Assembly (NCBI GenBank): GCA_973895155.1
Contig: OZ316892.1
Span: forward strand, 25,319,233-25,383,232
Length of the DNA stretch: 64,000 nt
Origin: Marsupella aquatica
Taxonomy: Eukaryota > Plantae > Marchantiophyta
Reading direction: 5' to 3'
Part shown: positions 38,811-51,900 of the stretch, one piece after another
Position numbering within the stretch: position 1 is the first letter of the stretch
Layout of the letters: the number at the start of each line of letters is the position of its first letter
Notes under the pieces: model-generated
What the model saw: the letters and a program-made list of their open reading frames with translations, nothing else
What the model was told of the DNA's origin: nothing
Databases searched by the model: none
Position numbers and translations under genes: made by a program

Positions 38811-41468
38811 GTGAAAGTACTGTCACCTGGGAGAAAACGTATCTCAATTGGATCGAAGGAATGAAATAACCTACTTGTGCACATGGTGCCAGGAGAGGGT
38901 ATGAGGTAGTGCTTACTTGAATCCAAGGAATCCAACAAGACGTGAATGACCACTCGTCATCGAGAGGGGGTTTTCGCTGGAAAGGGGTCCCATGTCAAAG
39001 AATCTGACGTTTGTATTCGATTGATTGTCTCGCCGCAGTCAACAAACGGTGTCAAAAGGCATCGTACGTGTATGAGAGACAAAATTAATTAGGCTCATGA
39101 GCTCATCCCAATGATCCCATCATAATTGGAAACTCTATAACCACGTGTGCTGCCGTGGACTTGCAACAGACATGCGCGTGCGGTGCCACTGTTTGCGTCC
39201 TTTGGGATCTCTTCCTTTCCAGTAGTTCCTTTTAATTTGTTCTTTTCTCTCCAAGTCTCTCCTCGAGTCCGCTTGCTCCATAGCTTCCTACATGGTAAAA
39301 TTCGTAGACGGGACTGTAGATTTTTGGGTGGAATGATAGATTTACGGTGATCACGCGTACCTCACTTCAACGAAATTGGGCCGCCTTGAGCTGAATTCTT
39401 CCGGTTGTAGACGAGTCTTCTCTCCCTCTATGGATATAGCATAGAAATGGAGATTACCAGACTAGAATACGATACTGACTCGCTTTCTGGACTCTACGGT
39501 TTCGTGTAGTAACAGGTTGCTTTGGGTATCTTGAGCTAATTTCTAAGAGCATCTCGACTTGCTTTTTGTAATTTAGGTTTTAATTACTTTGTCACACTAA
39601 AGATGTTTTAATTCATAATATTGTTTGTTATTTTATTTATTTATAAATGTTATTATTTTGTATACTGATAACAAGTTTACCAAGGTAATAGGGAAACTAT
39701 ATATGGAAACCGTGATATTTTTGTAAATTAAAAAAACAATGATAATATTGTAAATTCAGACATCTTTAGTTGCAATGTAGTTAAAAGTTGTTTGTAAGTA
39801 TATAAATATGTTATGTTTTAAATAGAGTTGTGTCCTTGTGTTGCACAACACATAGCGCTAAATGAACATCTAGTTGGAGCTCCCTAGTCTTCTTGGGGTC
39901 TAATACCCTGTCTATTTTGAATTGCAATGTATCCTGCCTGCCCTTCTAGAAGTAGATTGTTGGTCTAGCAGCGTGATATGGCACATGTCCCTGATGGTGG
40001 ACGGACCAAAAGAATCCCAGTGTCTCAAGGTAGGGGATACACACTTAAGAGCCTTCCAAAAATGAACATAAGCCACCACTGTTGACTAATTGAATCATAC
40101 TGACAGTGCCTAAGGACACCAAGCATCTAGAACACAAACCTGGGCTCGAAGGAAATCAGTGAAGCAGTGTGACACAGACCCTAGTTCCCGACCCTGATGA
40201 TGCAATCATCATAAAAGTGGATGCCAGAAGGAAATTTTGCGGATGTTAAAGGTGTTGTTGATGTGGGTGTTGATGCAAACAGTGTTATCAACACCAGGAG
40301 CAAAGCATTGTTTGATTAACCCCAAATGATTAACCTCCCATTGTTTTTTATTTGCTCCACATGCACCCTTTTTGCCTTTAGCCTCACCTCTTTGTCTCTC
40401 CTCTTGCGGAAATAAAATATTGAAAATTGGGTGCATTCAATGTGTTGTCAATGTGCAACGACTCTGTCGGTGAACACAAAAGATTGTGTGCAAAAAAGTG
40501 TCAGGTGTGTGTTGAAAAGAGAAATATTATCTTCCAAGAAAATCTATCAAATAAGAAAAGACAAGTTTAACCAAATCGTGGAATATGCAAGGTAATTCAA
40601 AGAAAATAAAATGAGAAAGGATGCTTAAAGTTAGAATGGGGGGTCAAAAAGAAGAAACGTGGAAGGTTGCCCAAATCACCCAGTTGCACCAATTTCCCCC
40701 CACCTTCAAGAGAGCAGACAAGGTAGGAGGAGGGCTATGCACAGATTCTCCGTGGTCCCATGAATTGGCCCCCACCCCGAAAAGAAAAAAGAAAACAAAA
40801 AGCGCCCCTTCTAACATGAAAAGAGCAGAGAAAGCACGGAAAAAAAACATGTTATTTAACAAAAGCGAATCAAAATCCTTCTCGTCCATAGCAAAGACAT
40901 CCAGAAATCGCTCATGCTTCCCCTGTACCGAAGTAAAGTACAATTAGGTACATGGGTACGAGAAAGTACCTCTATTTATTGGCATAGTACAGCCAACACA
41001 ATTACTTTGTACCCTAGAAGCCAACATATCCCCTTGGGCACTTTCATTTCAGTCAATTCAAGATCGTAACAAAACCGTGGTGGAACTCAATTGACTGCGA
41101 AGTCTTGTTCACTTTTCCAAATGGACTAGTTTTGCCCGAACCCTTACTATAAATATAATTATATCTATGGACAGTATTTTTGGCCTGGCAGTATGTACTG
41201 ATCCAACTTGTCTGTCACAGCACATAGCCGTAATCTCTGTTGCTCTTTCAAATTGTTTAATGACTATAGAGCCCTAATCTCACTTGCTCCTCAAACTGTT
41301 CAGGGCCTACTAGTGCTATGTGCCAACTACAAAAAGTCTAACTATTTAATTGCAATCATAAAATACTCTTCTGGCCAAGTCTAATGTGAAGTCTCTTGGT
41401 TCTCATAGAGTGTATGAATTGGGGGTGCAAGTGGAAAATGTGTATTGGACTCTGTATTGTGACTATAG

Positions 41469-41857
41469 TGTTGAAAATGAATAACACTCAAAATGATGAT
41501 CAATGGATGCAGGCATGATGAAATTATAGCTCAGTGATAGAGCACTATGATGTACACGGGAAATCCTAGATTCAATTCCTAGCCGGTCCATAGTGTTGAA
41601 AGTTGCAACATGATACCAGAGCCAAAGACAGAAATTTCCCTGAAAACAAGTGGCTCAAGGGCGGGTGTTGGAAATGAACCAATTTCCCTTAAGCGAGAGT
41701 GCCTCAATGGAGGGTGTTGGAAATGGACCACACTTGAAGTGATTATGGATGTACATAGGCATGATGGACTTGTAGCTTACCAGCATTAGGATTCTACGTT
41801 GGTACAGCACTACATTCTAGGGTCAATTCCTAGTCCATGTTGTTGGAAGTTCCAACA
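41469..41857 (+). mobile_element. TRIM-like non-autonomous LTR element with tRNA-derived LTRs
   Basis: LTR1 41469-41610 and LTR2 41715-41857 are both TGTTG...CAACA and ~142 bp. PBS-like TGATACCAGAGCCA (2 mismatches to the tRNAiMet PBS TGGTATCAGAGCCA) directly after LTR1; purine tract GGAGGG before LTR2. No intact TSD. Confidence 0.72.
41520..41590 (+). pseudogene. tRNA-like sequence inside LTR1, probably not a functional tRNA
   Basis: A-box TAGCTCAGTGATAGAGC, T-arm/B-box CTAGATTCAATTCCTAG, 3' end CCGGTCCA. Acceptor and anticodon stems are mismatched; loop TGTACAC hints at Val(TAC). Confidence 0.65.
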
Positions 41858-43643
41858 ATCATGTTTCTATCAGTTCAAAGAACATGCGCTCATGCCAGTG
41901 AGGATTAGTTCTGATAGAAAGATTTAATGTGGGGCAGGGTAGTGAATGATTAGTTACCATATAAATATTTCATGTGGGGCAGGTCAACAGATCAATGTAA
42001 GGTCTGACAGTCACCTTAGATGTTTCTGCTTTACCAATTTTGTTCGTGAGGAGGTGATGGAGTGTCTGACATATCCATCCTTCGTAAGTCAAATTACCGG
42101 GCACTTTGCTGTCTGCTGCAGGAGACAGTCTTAGTCACGGCCTCTGATCGATTCCAAGACAATCAACATACGCGAGAAGGAAACGTGACGACTGGTTGAT
42201 TGAGCAGATGACGGTGTCGGACGAGACATCCAAACAAACGGGCATCCAAATTTTGTAAGCTGATTGACGACCGAGTCAATTGATTAGCTCTGCACACCAT
42301 TGAAGGCATTGATGGTCTTCGGTACAAGACTCTGCCCAGGACTGGAGTGTCGAATGTCGACATCACACACAACTTGTGAATGATGATGAATCATTCCCTT
42401 TCACAGTTTCGTGGTACAATTTTAGCGTTCCTGCAACAGATTGATGTACTCAGTACTTACTTCCTATCGTGACCTTGAAATGTGACCACCCCAATGTCTG
42501 ATGAGATCACTCAGTACACATTGTCTATTTCGTCGCCTTCGAGGGAACTATTCGCTGCCATCTTTCGTCGAGTGCTGATTCAGTCTCTTTTGGTGAGTGC
42601 GTAGTCACTGTGAACAAAGTTCTGGCGATGATCAGAGTCCCCGTAGCATGTGGTCGATTCATCTGAGTCTGCAGCAAATTTATGCCGCTGGCGCGCACAA
42701 CTTCTATTAAACCGGTAATTATGTACAAAGGCTCAGCAGCGCATACTTTCCGAAAGTAATTTCATCTGTCAGTAATATTCAAGTTGAGAGCTATTCTATG
42801 TTCCCCGCAGAGAAATTTGGGAAATTTGGGACAAGAATTGATCACAAAATTGTCGATCATTTTCTGACTGCTGAGCAAAGAAAGTGACATAAGTGCATAA
42901 TTAGAAAGGTGCATGATGAATTGCTCGAGTACCAGGACGAGATTACGCTGGTAAGATCGATGCACCGGAGACTGATGAGTGAGCTTGATCGATTGATCGA
43001 CTTACGTGCCGTTTATTTACATCTTTATACAACATTAATTTACAAGACTGACAACTGGACCCAAATATATGTTGTACAAGCTCCCCGTCTGAAAGACGGT
43101 TGTTTCAGCCTAATGAATAGAATTAGAAAACGTTAAAACTACATGGTCCAACGTTATCCGTACTTCTAATTTGTGAGGACCAGACGATAGCTGATCCTTA
43201 CCTCCCTCACTACCTTTTCGACTTGTCGTCATCTACATTTTGTACCACGAAGGATTTGACGTGGGTAACAGACATCCACGGTACATTACTTGAACGATCG
43301 TACCTTTTATCTCATGAGCCGCTCTCGAATTCTCGATCGATCAGCTGTGATCCTTATACAGATTAATCTTCTGCCGTACCTCGCTATTTACACATCTAAG
43401 AATTTCAGCCAGTCAGACATGATGGGTCTCGAACCAATTCCCTTTCTGAGCTAATCTCAGGCTTTGAATGGCTTCGAACGTTGTGGCTGGCCGATTGCAC
43501 AGTCGAACCGCTACGCGCATAGTTCTCTGGTTATCAGGCGTCACTCCGGCGACTATGTGCCATTCGGCGAGCACTTTTGTGGCACTGAGAGGGAGGAGTT
43601 TCTTCTATAGGAATTATCTTGTAGTCGACAGATCATGATATGG

Positions 43644-45412
43644 CTAACTGCTAGCTTGGTCAGCAATTATTGGCTGAGCCCCGGGAATCTTGACAAAATC
43701 CAGAGCGAGCTTGTCTCGGATTCGGTGTCGGTTAGCGCGCAAATTTGCAATAAAATCGGGCCACGTGAAAGGACGATATCTCCGAGGGTGTTGAGCATCC
43801 ACGAGCTCGTCGGGGCTGGAAATGTAGATGTGTCTATTCGGATTCAGAGCGTATATCATTGAAAGACGCCACACCTTTTTCTCCGTGAGAAGAACTTGAT
43901 GTACTGCGCTCTGGTATCTGCCATTGCTCCAAGCCTGGACAAAAGGTAACGTATGGGGAACACGTCAGATTTATTCCCACAAATATCACATACCAATCAA
44001 CTTTTTTGATTCTGGACATTGACACCCTAAAGGTAGCAATGCTCGCACTCGGTAGAAATCTTCTCAACCCACATGAGAATTCCTAAGAAGGATTTCTCAT
44101 GAGAAGAACAGGGAGAGCTCTGCCCCCAGCGAAAAATGGGATTGGAGACACTGTGCACACGAATCTGAGCAGAGGATAGTTTTCAGGCTGATACCGAGTC
44201 CAATCAGGTCTTAGGTGATGACCCACCTCTAAGCAGTCACCAACGTTGACAATAATCGCTCCAGGGGTGGGATTGACGCTGTACCAAACACCATTTTTGC
44301 GCACTTGCAAGCCTCCCACTTCGTCCTGCTGCAACAGCACCAAGACACTCGGGTCTGAATGCGGCCCCACACCAAAGGTCACCGCTTGGGGAGGGCAAGG
44401 TGGGTAGCGGTTGAATCGCCAGGAGCTCTCGAAAGAGGTTTGGTCGTCGAAAGGTTTGGTGAATAACTCTCCCGGAAGGCCTAAGTGCCGAGCAAGCAAA
44501 TCCAGAAGCTGCAGTGATAACTTCTGCATTGCGAGGCTATAATTCGTGACGGAACTTCTGCGAGAAACAGTGCGTCAACGAGTAGAGGTTAGAAAATCAC
44601 CATCCAATGAAGCAAGGGGCATGACAGGGTTTAAAGTCTATGTCAATGAATTAATCAACCTTTTCACGGTCAACCGAAACAAAGCAAAAGCCATTGTACC
44701 TATGCTAATCTCGGGACAACTAAAAATTCGGGCAGCGGTGCAGAGACGCGAGTAAGAGATTTGAGAGACAAGTCAGGGTTGTGCAAACTTCAAGTAAAGC
44801 TTGCAGAGTTCAATGCGCATCTGCACAGTTTGCAAATGAGAAGGGTTATGTGACGTGCACTCACGAGAAAGTTTGCCCCACGGCGTCTCCATCCAGTGGC
44901 CAAATCTTTCTTCGTAAGGTCTCAGCTTCACATGTAGGTGTGTGGTTTCCAGCCAAGTATTCCATCCAAGGTACTCGACTACTCAACCTTTCGTACCTCC
45001 CCCCATACCCAAAATACCTTCCACAGGGATCCGTGGCTCTTTCCTTCAGCTCTACCGGCATGTCTAAGAAGTTCATCCCCACTTGTCGATGAGAGTCTGT
45101 TACCTCTACAGGTACGCCATGATTCAATATCTGGAAAAAACCCCACTCTTCACATGCTTTTCCTACTTCCTTTGCAAGTCTCTCGAGCACGACCGGATCA
45201 CCAGACTCGAGACCCGAGAGATTGATCAGTGGGACTGTGAGCGATTCATCCTTCGCTGGAGTCCACAAGTCGATTCTCTCGTAGTCAGGCCACATGTAGC
45301 GCTCTGGAAGGCGGTCCCGAGGATCTTTCAGCAGACGAGAGACAGTTTGGTGCACATTGTCGGGCCGCATCATGGCAACTTGGACCCCGCCATCTCCCAC
45401 AGCAGGAGGCAT
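43644..45412 (-). CDS. 2-oxoglutarate/Fe(II)-dependent dioxygenase, GA20-oxidase-like, 3 exons
   Basis: Exons 45412-44865, 44557-44227, 43934-43644, phase-consistent. Motifs LPERYMWP, ACEEWGFFQILNHGV, LSSRVPWME (compare GA20ox FSSKLPWKE), NRYPPCP, GPHSDP, WSNGRYQSAVHQV, RLS. Confidence 0.93.
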
Positions 45413-45881
45413 GGCTGATCGTCTTCGACAACTGCGAGGGCCAGAAAACAGAGCCTGAAGCTACAACAGACCCGGCAAAGACGCCCGACTCTGGACAGCT
45501 CGAAAACTCGGACCGGAAGTCGAATGTGGTCAGAGCTCTATGAGTAGAGCATAAATGCAAATTTAAGCACACTCCGCGCTATTGAGAGAGGTGAGAGAGC
45601 AGGCGGAGTCAATGTCCAAGTGGCCACACATTTGAAGTGAGTTTCCAGAAGCGAATTCGTTTGCACAGGTTTGGAGAATTCTCTACAGGGGGATTCTCAT
45701 AACTGCCGAGAGAGAGGCCTACACCATACCAGAGCTTATGCAGAAGGGCACTGAAGGAACAAAACTGAACTCTGGGGACTAAAGCTATGCATTCAAGTAT
45801 TTGTATTCGACGTTGAAAACCCGTGGAGCAGCGGAACTATATATACTGAATTCCCGAGTGACCAGCGGCTTTGTTCAAACC

Positions 45882-45965
45882 TTCAACTCCTCGAGGTTAC
45901 AGAGTATACTACAGCAGACCGTGTTCAACTCCTCGAGGTTACAGAGTATACTACAGCAGACCGTG
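45882..45965. repeat. Perfect 42-bp tandem duplication upstream of the GA20ox-like gene
   Basis: TTCAACTCCTCGAGGTTACAGAGTATACTACAGCAGACCGTG at 45882 and 45924. Confidence 0.95.
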
Positions 45966-48900
45966 ACATGCGAAGCAAGATGACAGAGTAACCCTGAGCG
46001 AGAAAACCGAATTGAGAAGAGGGGGAAAGAAGAAGCGGGAGGACATAATTTGCTAGCAAGCTATGTAATATAATTTTAGAGGTAGTGCTGGTAATGGCTA
46101 TGGAGTAGCACAGGAGGAGTATAGAATCAGTCAGATTTTCCCCCAAAAAGTACTCTCCGTCCATTAGCTAGCTTGTGCACGCAGCTTGTGGACTTGAAAC
46201 CCGGACCCTCCAAATCATAAAAGTTGTGTTCCCAACTCGGCACGCATTCGGCTCTTGAAGTCTCTCTGGTTCGGTGGTTCCGTCAGTCTATAGTACACTC
46301 CAGGCCTACTCTTACTGCACATCCCAGCAGGCAGCAGAACTGAAGGCCGAGCTCAGGTCAACTGTCAAGGCGGGGCCTGGGTTGCCAGCCAGCTGACGGC
46401 TACGGTTGAGAGCTAGACTGTCGTCTCCTGGCCCCTCTCCGTTTCTCACCTAGTACAGTATGCACAAACGGTGAGACTTAATTAATCAAGTGGAGCTCGC
46501 TCTATGCGCCTATGATCCGCAGATTTCTGCTGAACAGTGCTGCATGTGATCGGAAAATTAGTTATTTAATCAGTGCTACCGGTAGCTCGCTTTAGCATTC
46601 GCAGACATGTTGAGTGCCCAAACACATGCTTCACCTTGCGTAAGCTATGTTCCAGGGACAGTATTATTTTACTCCTGAAGAGCTCGCTCTATCCCACGCC
46701 CTATATCCGTTTGTGCATGCTTTGAGGTAAAAGATATGCATGTATGCGAATGTCAACCTCCAGAGCACCTGACCGTAGGCGATTCAAGGAAGATTAAGTG
46801 CTCCACCTCATGCTTCATTTTATTATAATCAATCGATCTTATTTTGCAAATGTCCACAAGCCTTTGATATACTTTTCTTTGGTGACAGGTCCGTCCAGGA
46901 TCCAGGCGTAGCTCCCTACTGGGAGGGCTGGTGACGGAACTATTGGTAAACAACGCTTTCCAGTTTCCACACTTTGGCAGTCACACCGCATTACTATTAA
47001 ATGTTCGTGTAACATGTCTGATCTAAAGGGCAGAGGGGCAGGAGCTTGATAAAGGCTGTAAGGACCCGCCAGGCCGCCATCAGCTAAGGTCGCTACAGGA
47101 CAGTCGCTTTTCCTGACACCCACGCCAGATGAAACAGGGGGGTTACTTTGACCGGTCCCCAAATTCCGCTACAAGAGAATAGCGGCAATGGGGAATTGGA
47201 TACGGAGAATGAAAGAGTTAACTGTGGCCTGCCAGTCATCGCAAATGAGTGAAATGACTTACCGATCGCATTTAGTACAGTAGAGATAGATCGAGTGTCG
47301 TCGGAGGCTGGTCAAACTCATTATTTCTGTTCTTTGAGATGACCAATACAATCATGCAGAATAGGACTTTGATAAACGAGACAGATCCAGAATAGGAGCA
47401 ACCAAAGCTCGCCAAGTAGAGGGGCGTAGGGGTTTGTATTCTCGTGGTGACGGAAGCGTTGTTGTGACAGCGGTACAGAATGGGCAGATGATCGTCATTA
47501 GGAAGGGGGACGCAGCAGCACCAGGAAGTCAATAAAAGGTCTTCCAATCCGGATTTGTCCAAAGTAAGTGGCTCCCGCAGAAGAATGCCGAGTATTAGCC
47601 GCAGTCATTGAATCATAACCAAAAACAGGCATGATTGTACAACCTGCTTGGTATTTTATTTAGTCCCATCCCAGGTAAACTGGGAGGCTGCAGCCAACTG
47701 GACCATGGAGACAAGCCCGCTGCCAATCTTAGCTAGCAGGCCATTCGTTTGCGCGCCAGGACTTCAGCAGAGACCACACGTCTTGCTTGGCCCCGGTGAT
47801 ATAGACAAAATTGCAATTTCTGCGTCCGTCCAACCAACAACTGCGGAGCATGCATGCAGAGAAAAGATCTTTCCGTAACTCCTTACACAGCAAGCACAGC
47901 CATAGCTCTAGCTTGCCTTACGCAGCAGCTGTGCATTGTGTCCGCGGCACCAGGACAACACCCTACCACCACCGTGGGATGTACAGTGTGTAGCGAGTGT
48001 GTAGACTAGTTTATTAAGCGCACTTTAATAAACAAGGACAGTTATGAGGGCAGCTCTTTGCGGTACTCTATTACGGAAGTCGAGAGTCATGACGTTGGTT
48101 TAGCTTCGATTTGCGGCTTTCCTCACCGCCGCTAACTCAGGACCGATCGGTACGCTGCTGCTGCTGCTGGGTACAGTCTTTTGCAGAATTCAATATTTCG
48201 AGTCTTCTTTCTTTGGTACTAATGGAGAACATCTTTTGGTACTAGTGGCGACATCTTTTCTGCAACTTTCTATTTTCCTTGAAAACATAAAGCACGCCCA
48301 TCCAGCAGATGACAGACTCAGGAGCATGCTATTTTATGTGAGGTAGTCACAAGAGGACCATACCTAGAGATCCAACAGGGACCTGACCAGGAGGGAGAGA
48401 GTTGAACGAGGGCTGCAAATAGGACCCAGACCAGGAGGGAGAGAAAGTTGAACCACTGCCCCAAACAGGACTAGTCATGGATGAGGAGAAACCAATGCAC
48501 CCCACCCACAGATACACAAATACTCTCCCACCCCTTGCATGTGAGGGGGGGTTGAACCTAGGACACATCAGATCTTATTTAGTTCAGTAGATCACAAAAA
48601 GAAAGAAATCAAGAAATAAGATCTTATGTGTCCTCGGAATAGATTGAGGAAATCAGTTCGAAACATTTCCTGAAGACCATTATTTTGCATTTTTGCTGGA
48701 TGGTCAAGTCTGTTTCGTAGATGCCACACAGGATGGATCACATCCTAAACGTGTGAGACGAGACAAGAATGTGGTCTCTCACATGGGAACATTCCTTTCC
48801 TCGGCAGCATCATAGCCTTGTAATGCACACTCACCAAATAACTCAAAATATATCGTCAAAGAATATAATGGTGAAGGATTCTCCTCCCACAATAAAGTCT

Positions 48901-51900
48901 TGGACCCATGGGAATACAATGACGAGTGACCCCAAGACGTTGACACATTTAAACACAACCAAAATGTGGGACTCGGTCCTACCATTGCTTAACGACCGAA
49001 AACTCACGACTGTATTATTTTGTTATAGTTTCTTAAAAGCATGGTTGGTTGTCTACCAGGAGTAAGAAGCCAGTGTTTCTTCTCACGCAAACAGTGGACT
49101 CGGTCAGCAAAACTTGTATTCTTCTACATGCAATAGTGCCTACTGGGTCAACTTTGAATTGTGCCAATTTAGCTTGGGGGTTTCTTCTCATGCGTGTTTC
49201 TAGTGGCTATATTAGCCTTCCTAATTTTAAAGAAAAAGGCACATGATGCCCAAAATCAAAACCCTCTAAAGTGACAAATGACCCAAGTCCGTGCATCGAC
49301 AGAGGATAAACCATAATCAAGTGTAGAAGTCACGCAAACATACCCGAGTGCAATCAAATTGACGACAACATTCATTTAAGAAATTATGAGTATGCACAAA
49401 GTAGCTACTGTACTGTACAGAAAAATCCCAAACACCATGAATAAGTGTCATAGTTAGTTGATTTGCCTTTTTGCAGTAACCTCTAAAGTATGGAGGCAAT
49501 GCGAGTTGTAACAGGTGAGAGATGTAATCCCAAGAGCATCTACTACCCAGGCTATTACCAAGTTACTCCCTTGATTTCAGCCCAAAATTTAGTTCGAAGA
49601 AACCACCTTATGGAGCTATGTCGCCATTGCATTCAACAAAAAACAAGCATTTTCTTTTGGGGGGGAAGAGGGTCAATGTGAGGAAAACAAGCTTGAAACC
49701 AAACCCCACGTACCCATTGAGGTCTTCAGAGCCCATAGTTCTGCCTAGCAAAACCTCAGTTGAAAACTCAAATGAGATGGGAATGCAAGCCAGGAAGTCC
49801 CAGGCAGGATTGTTTTAGTGGGGAAGGTTTTGCCAAATTCCACCTCACTTAGAAGCTTAAGCTACATAGGAGTAAAATCTGCCAGGCATGTTGGCTTGAA
49901 TTAGCCAGTTTCGCACCTATCCACAAACCCCAAGAGCCACAATCTTATGGTTATCCTTAAATCCTAAATCTAAAGATATTTACGGGAAAAAAAATAGTCC
50001 AGTAAATTTTGATCAAGAACATTCTTTGCATCTTCTTTTCATACAAGACGGCGTTAGCCATCAGGCCAAAAAGGAAAAATCCTTGAAAATCATCCTGGTC
50101 CCAGGGGATGGACAAGAGAGGGATATAGGGGCTAGAGATCCAAAGTATCTCCACGGCCCTCTATTGTGGGGTCCAAATGTGACCACTCTCCAGTTGCGGT
50201 CAGGTGGTTCAATGCCAAATTGGTGTCCCCACCCGTAGTACTAAGAAAAAGCTAGTCCTCCACTGGTGTTTTCCCCCAAGATAGTCCAATTTCCAGTAGT
50301 TGTGTCCCCACGATAGAGATCGTCTTCCAATGGCATCCGTCCCAACTTCCCACAATCGAGATTGTCTTCCACAGGTGTCTCCACTTTAAAGCACTCCCTG
50401 TTGTGGGGGTCCCCCTAGTCCCAATAAAGGTCACTCTTAAAAGTAAACATCTAGTTCGTTCGCTCTACCAAAGAGTGGGGTCCCTCTAGCACTCTCCAAT
50501 TTGTACACGTCCAGGTCCATACCATACCCCTATTACCACCACCCACGAATGACTTTCAGTATAATTTCAAGACGGGTATATCAGCCACCCGACCCATCAC
50601 TAGTAGGGTATGGGTAAACGGGCTAAGTGTATACCACAACTAATCTACCATGCAAGTCATTCCCAAAGTATATTCAAAACCATAAATTAAACAAAAGACC
50701 AAACAAAGTACAATAAAGGGAAAGGAAAAGAAGTCCTAAGAGGACAAAACACTAAACAATAGCCAAATGTAACCCCACAAACAAGGAAAAAGAAAACAAA
50801 CAACAAAAAATGAGCTACCATTCCAAGAGTGTCATGAGCTAGTGGTCCACATCTATTACAAGTGTCACAAGCTAATGGTCCACATCAGCATTGTAATTAA
50901 ATCTGCAAGTGGGACATGGATGTCCTCTAAGAGGACAAGCATAGGCGGAGACACACTAGCACTCAAGGTAAGAGATCAACATTAGATGGCATACTCCGGG
51001 CCTTGCTCTTACATGTGGTTTGCACTACATGAGCAACACACATGGTCAGATTTTGCACTTTTATATAAGAAACACGATGATTCATCTTGTTGCTAAAGTG
51101 CCTCCACCTTCAGTCCTTCATTTTCCCTCTGTTCCTTGTCATATCCAAGAAGTTGTCATCTAGTGTTCAAATATGAATTGTGTGCGTTCCTTACTCCATA
51201 GGTTGTACTTCCCTCGGAATGTTCATCCCTACAATATACCTTTATGGACTGTCTCATAACTGTGACACTAACTATCCATAAAGAAAGAATGGCTGACTGT
51301 ACTTCTAGTATGTTGAGCAGACCAAGTAGAATTGAGCACCAGTGTCCAGAAGACAGCAGCAGCGGAAGCACAGTTACTGTAACGGAAGAAGAATGCAGAG
51401 CATTTAAGGAGGAGGAGCTGGCGGCGACTGCGCAGTAGGCAATGAGGCGGGGTTGGTGGTCGGTAACTAGGTGCAAATACTAGGCAACTTTGGTGTGCTT
51501 GAACCTAGGTGTTGACCATAGTTTTCCTTGCAATATATATGCTAGGCACCCACATAGGCACCAAATATATATTGGTGTGGTGTGGGGCCGTGGGGGGCCG
51601 TGGGGGGCCCTTGAGGGACGCAAAAGCAAGGTCGAGGTCGGGCCAACCCGGCTCCACTGATTAGTATGAGGACCCACAGGGGTAGCACAGCAGCCATGGC
51701 AGGCTATGCTACAAAAGCTAGGCTAGGCTAGACTAGGCTAGGGTAGGGCAGGGGGGCAGGGCAGGGCTCCATAGGCACATACAGGAGCTGAGTAGCGGCA
51801 AAATGAGCACCAGGGAAGCATGTGTTTGGCGAAATTCTTTCTGTCAGCGAGGCCAGGGGCTAGGGGGTCGCCAGTCGGCTTGTCCGCTACTGGCATCATA

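Noticed and set aside
39560-39873. Possible Helitron 3' end (GTGTTG-CA-CAACAC hairpin then CTAG|T)
   Set aside because: The hairpin is short and weak, and no 5' TC end can be defined.
41520-41590. Functional tRNA gene
   Set aside because: Acceptor and anticodon stems are mismatched, there is no poly-T terminator, and it is embedded in an LTR-like repeat.
16251-45412. Biosynthetic gene cluster from the two dioxygenases
   Set aside because: They are divergent, 25 kb apart and separated by housekeeping genes, with no scaffold enzyme (TPS, PKS) or P450 in the window.
46490-46710. GAGCTCGCTCTAT repeated, vaguely miR156*-like
   Set aside because: Direct rather than inverted repeats; no fold-back partner or mature miRNA match seen.
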